Of a DNA stretch of 34,999 nt, positions 33,762 through 34,999 are shown piece after piece; positions within the stretch are counted from its first letter, which is position 1; each line of letters opens with the position of its first letter. The stretch covers positions 64,001-98,999 of IMG/VR virus record IMGVR_UViG_3300023174_000099; one strand, given 5' to 3'. The notes beneath the pieces are model-generated. The model searched no databases. It saw nothing but the letters and a program-made list of their open reading frames with translations, and was not told where the DNA came from. The translations under genes and the position numbers were made by a program. The DNA comes from a virus (taxonomy: Duplodnaviria > Heunggongvirae > Uroviricota > Caudoviricetes).

Positions 33762-34481
33762 ATGGGCAAGCAAGCTACTTTCCTGATTATCGACACGGAA
33801 ACCACCGTGCGCGGCAATGTTGCCGATTTCGGCGCTATCGTGGCCAATCGCAAGGGTGAAATTCTCGCATCTTGTGGCGTGTTGGTTCGGGAATTTTATC
33901 TTGATCGGGAAAATAACCCGCTATTTCATGATGTTACGGCTGACCCACTTTGGGGCAAGGCCAATCTTCCCCGCCGTTATGCGGCATATGACGCAATGCT
34001 GCAAGATGGCCGCCGAATGCTGGCAAGTGTTGCCGCCGTCAATCGCTGGCTTGCCAAGGTAAACGCCAAGTATTCGCCTGTTGCCACCGCCTATAATAAG
34101 GCTTTTGACTGGGATAAACTGGACAAAAGCGGTATTGATTGCCATATGTTTGAACAATCGTTCTGCCTCTGGCACGCTGCCGCTGATAAGTATGTGAAAA
34201 CAAAGGCTTTTCGGGACTTCATTCTGGAAAACCATTGTTTCAATCCCCCAACTAAAAAGGGCAACATGACTTTTAAGACTGATGCTGAAGTCATGGCGCG
34301 TTTTATTACTGGCAATGCCGATATGCCGAATGAGCCGCATACTGCACTTGAAGATGCCCGTGATTACGAATTGCCTATTCTTCTTGATATTATCAAGGCC
34401 AAAGACAAGGCAAAGTATTTGCAGCCAAAGCCTTATTCTTGGCAAGGTGTTCAAGTCAAGGATTGGTTCAAGCCAAAGTAA
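33762..34481 (+). CDS. DEDDh (DnaQ-like) 3'-5' exonuclease
   Basis: ExoI LIIDTETT, ExoII AYNKAFD, ExoIII EPHTALEDA. Confidence 0.88.
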   Translation: MGKQATFLIIDTETTVRGNVADFGAIVANRKGEILASCGVLVREFYLDRENNPLFHDVTADPLWGKANLPRRYAAYDAMLQDGRRMLASVAAVNRWLAKVNAKYSPVATAYNKAFDWDKLDKSGIDCHMFEQSFCLWHAAADKYVKTKAFRDFILENHCFNPPTKKGNMTFKTDAEVMARFITGNADMPNEPHTALEDARDYELPILLDIIKAKDKAKYLQPKPYSWQGVQVKDWFKPK

Positions 34482-34493
34482 AGGCAAAGTAAA

Positions 34494-34513
34494 GGCCGGG
34501 AGAAATCCCGGCC
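34494..34513. terminator. GAAA hairpin after the exonuclease, identical to the post-A2 stem
   Basis: GGCCGGGA-gaaa-TCCCGGCC; no U-tract on the plus strand. Confidence 0.55.
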
Positions 34514-34528
34514 AATACTTGCACGCCT

Positions 34529-34549
34529 TATTGATAATGATTCTCAATA
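34529..34549. promoter_or_regulatory. Fur-box-like inverted repeat 1
   Basis: TAT-TGATAAT-G-ATTCTCA-ATA: 13 of 14 matches to the 7-1-7 Fur consensus TGATAAT-N-ATTATCA. Confidence 0.6.
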
Positions 34550-34552
34550 GCA

Positions 34553-34638
34553 CGCGCCAGCGGGTGCCTTAGCTGACTAATACAGGCCACGCGAGTGTGT
34601 TACCCCACTAGGACACCATCCCGAACGCGCATCAATCC
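34553..34638 (-). ncRNA. Small-RNA-like unit 2
   Basis: Minus strand GGATTGATGC...TGTATTAGTCAGCTA...CTGGCGC directly after TTGACA(34668-63)-18-TAAAAT(34644-39). Confidence 0.45.
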
Positions 34639-34702
34639 ATTTTACCACGTTTGCCCGGCTTTTGTCAATAGAATAAATTTGCATCGGACAAAATTTTTCC
34701 TA

Positions 34703-34799
34703 TTGACAGGCCCGCACAAGCCTGCTATAATAGGGGCGCAGGCGCCAAAAATTTGTCAAACTGCGCCAAAATTTTACCACGTCTAGCGGGACGTGTCAA
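34703..34799. promoter_or_regulatory. Convergent promoter pair with about 39 bp between the -10 boxes
   Basis: Plus TTGACA(34703)-17-TATAAT(34726); minus TTGACA(34799-94)-17-TAAAAT(34776-71); two GCGCC-AAAA copies between them. Confidence 0.8.
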
Positions 34800-34832
34800 C
34801 AGAAAAATCGCACATTACAAAAAAGAAATGGC

Positions 34833-34886
34833 TTGACGGCACGAAAAAATCCCGCTACCATATATGGGTGGGAGGGCGGGGGAGGG
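34833..34886 (+). promoter_or_regulatory. Promoter followed by a five-run G-quadruplex motif
   Basis: TTGACG-17-TACCAT(34856-61), then GGGTGGGAGGGCGGGGGAGGG at 34866-34886. Confidence 0.7.
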
Positions 34887-34897
34887 CCGAAAATCCT

Positions 34898-34918
34898 TAT
34901 TGATAATGCGTCGCAATA
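34898..34918. promoter_or_regulatory. Fur-box-like site 2
   Basis: TATTGATAATGCGTCGCAATA; shares CCTTATTGATAATG and CAATAGC with site 1. Confidence 0.5.
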
Positions 34919-34999
34919 GCAGCAATGGCTGGGCCCGATATAATGCATTATGTTCAATAGATTTATCCCAATGAATCCAATGGGTTAGGTCGCTCCCAC

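Noticed and set aside
30064-34553. Minus-strand ORFs in the pre-early region (30064..30354, 30682..31011, 31936..32253, 33921..34553 etc.) as targets of the leftward promoters
   Set aside because: They overlap SD-led plus-strand genes with recognisable homologues, lack SDs or motifs, and several run through the regulatory modules.
34553-34564. CGCGCCAGCGGG matches the core of the E. coli type I-E CRISPR repeat (possible RNA anti-CRISPR)
   Set aside because: Only 12 nt match, the flanking handles and full CCCCGC/GCGGGG stem are absent, and the GCGCC motif explains it.
34960-34972. DnaA box as in the T5 injection-stop signal
   Set aside because: TTATCCCAA has two mismatches to TTATCCACA and is a single copy.
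30000-34999. CRISPR array
   Set aside because: The repeats are promoter modules at irregular spacing (tens to ~1000 bp) with genes between them; there is no constant repeat-spacer period and no cas gene.
1-34999. tRNA or rRNA genes
   Set aside because: No cloverleaf with T-loop GTTCRA plus D-loop, and no rRNA-like sequence was recognised by eye; tRNAscan-SE would be the definitive check.

Overview
This window is a fragment of a lytic T5-like siphophage genome. Gene order and recognisable TerS, TerL, portal, nicking-HNH, dmp and A2 homologues match T5. An alphaproteobacterial host is a weak inference only. From 1 to about 22.4 kb (minus strand) lies the late morphogenesis module: hub (truncated), Dit, a homing-endonuclease-like insert, tape measure, two tail chaperone ORFs, minor tail, tail tube, terminator and completion proteins, a 1004-aa accessory/protease/major-capsid fusion, portal, HNH, TerL, a lysis cassette and TerS. 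From 22.4 to 28.4 kb is a fibre/adhesin locus carrying three copies of one ~600-aa module, followed by an LpxH-family metallophosphoesterase and a second endonuclease-like gene. From about 30.0 kb to the end is a T5-type pre-early region, the most unusual part. Small plus-strand genes are separated by about 10 copies of a regulatory module: a perfect hairpin or short non-coding unit, GCGCC, a LEFTWARD sigma70 promoter (TTGACA-17/18-TAAAAT) with no gene to drive, an ATTACAAATTTGTAAT palindrome in some copies, and a RIGHTWARD sigma70 promoter. Several units hold no ORF. Instead they carry promoter-proximal G-quadruplex motifs, a pair of homologous small-RNA-like units, and two Fur-box-like sites. 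All calls come from reading the sequence and recalled family motifs; no searches were run.
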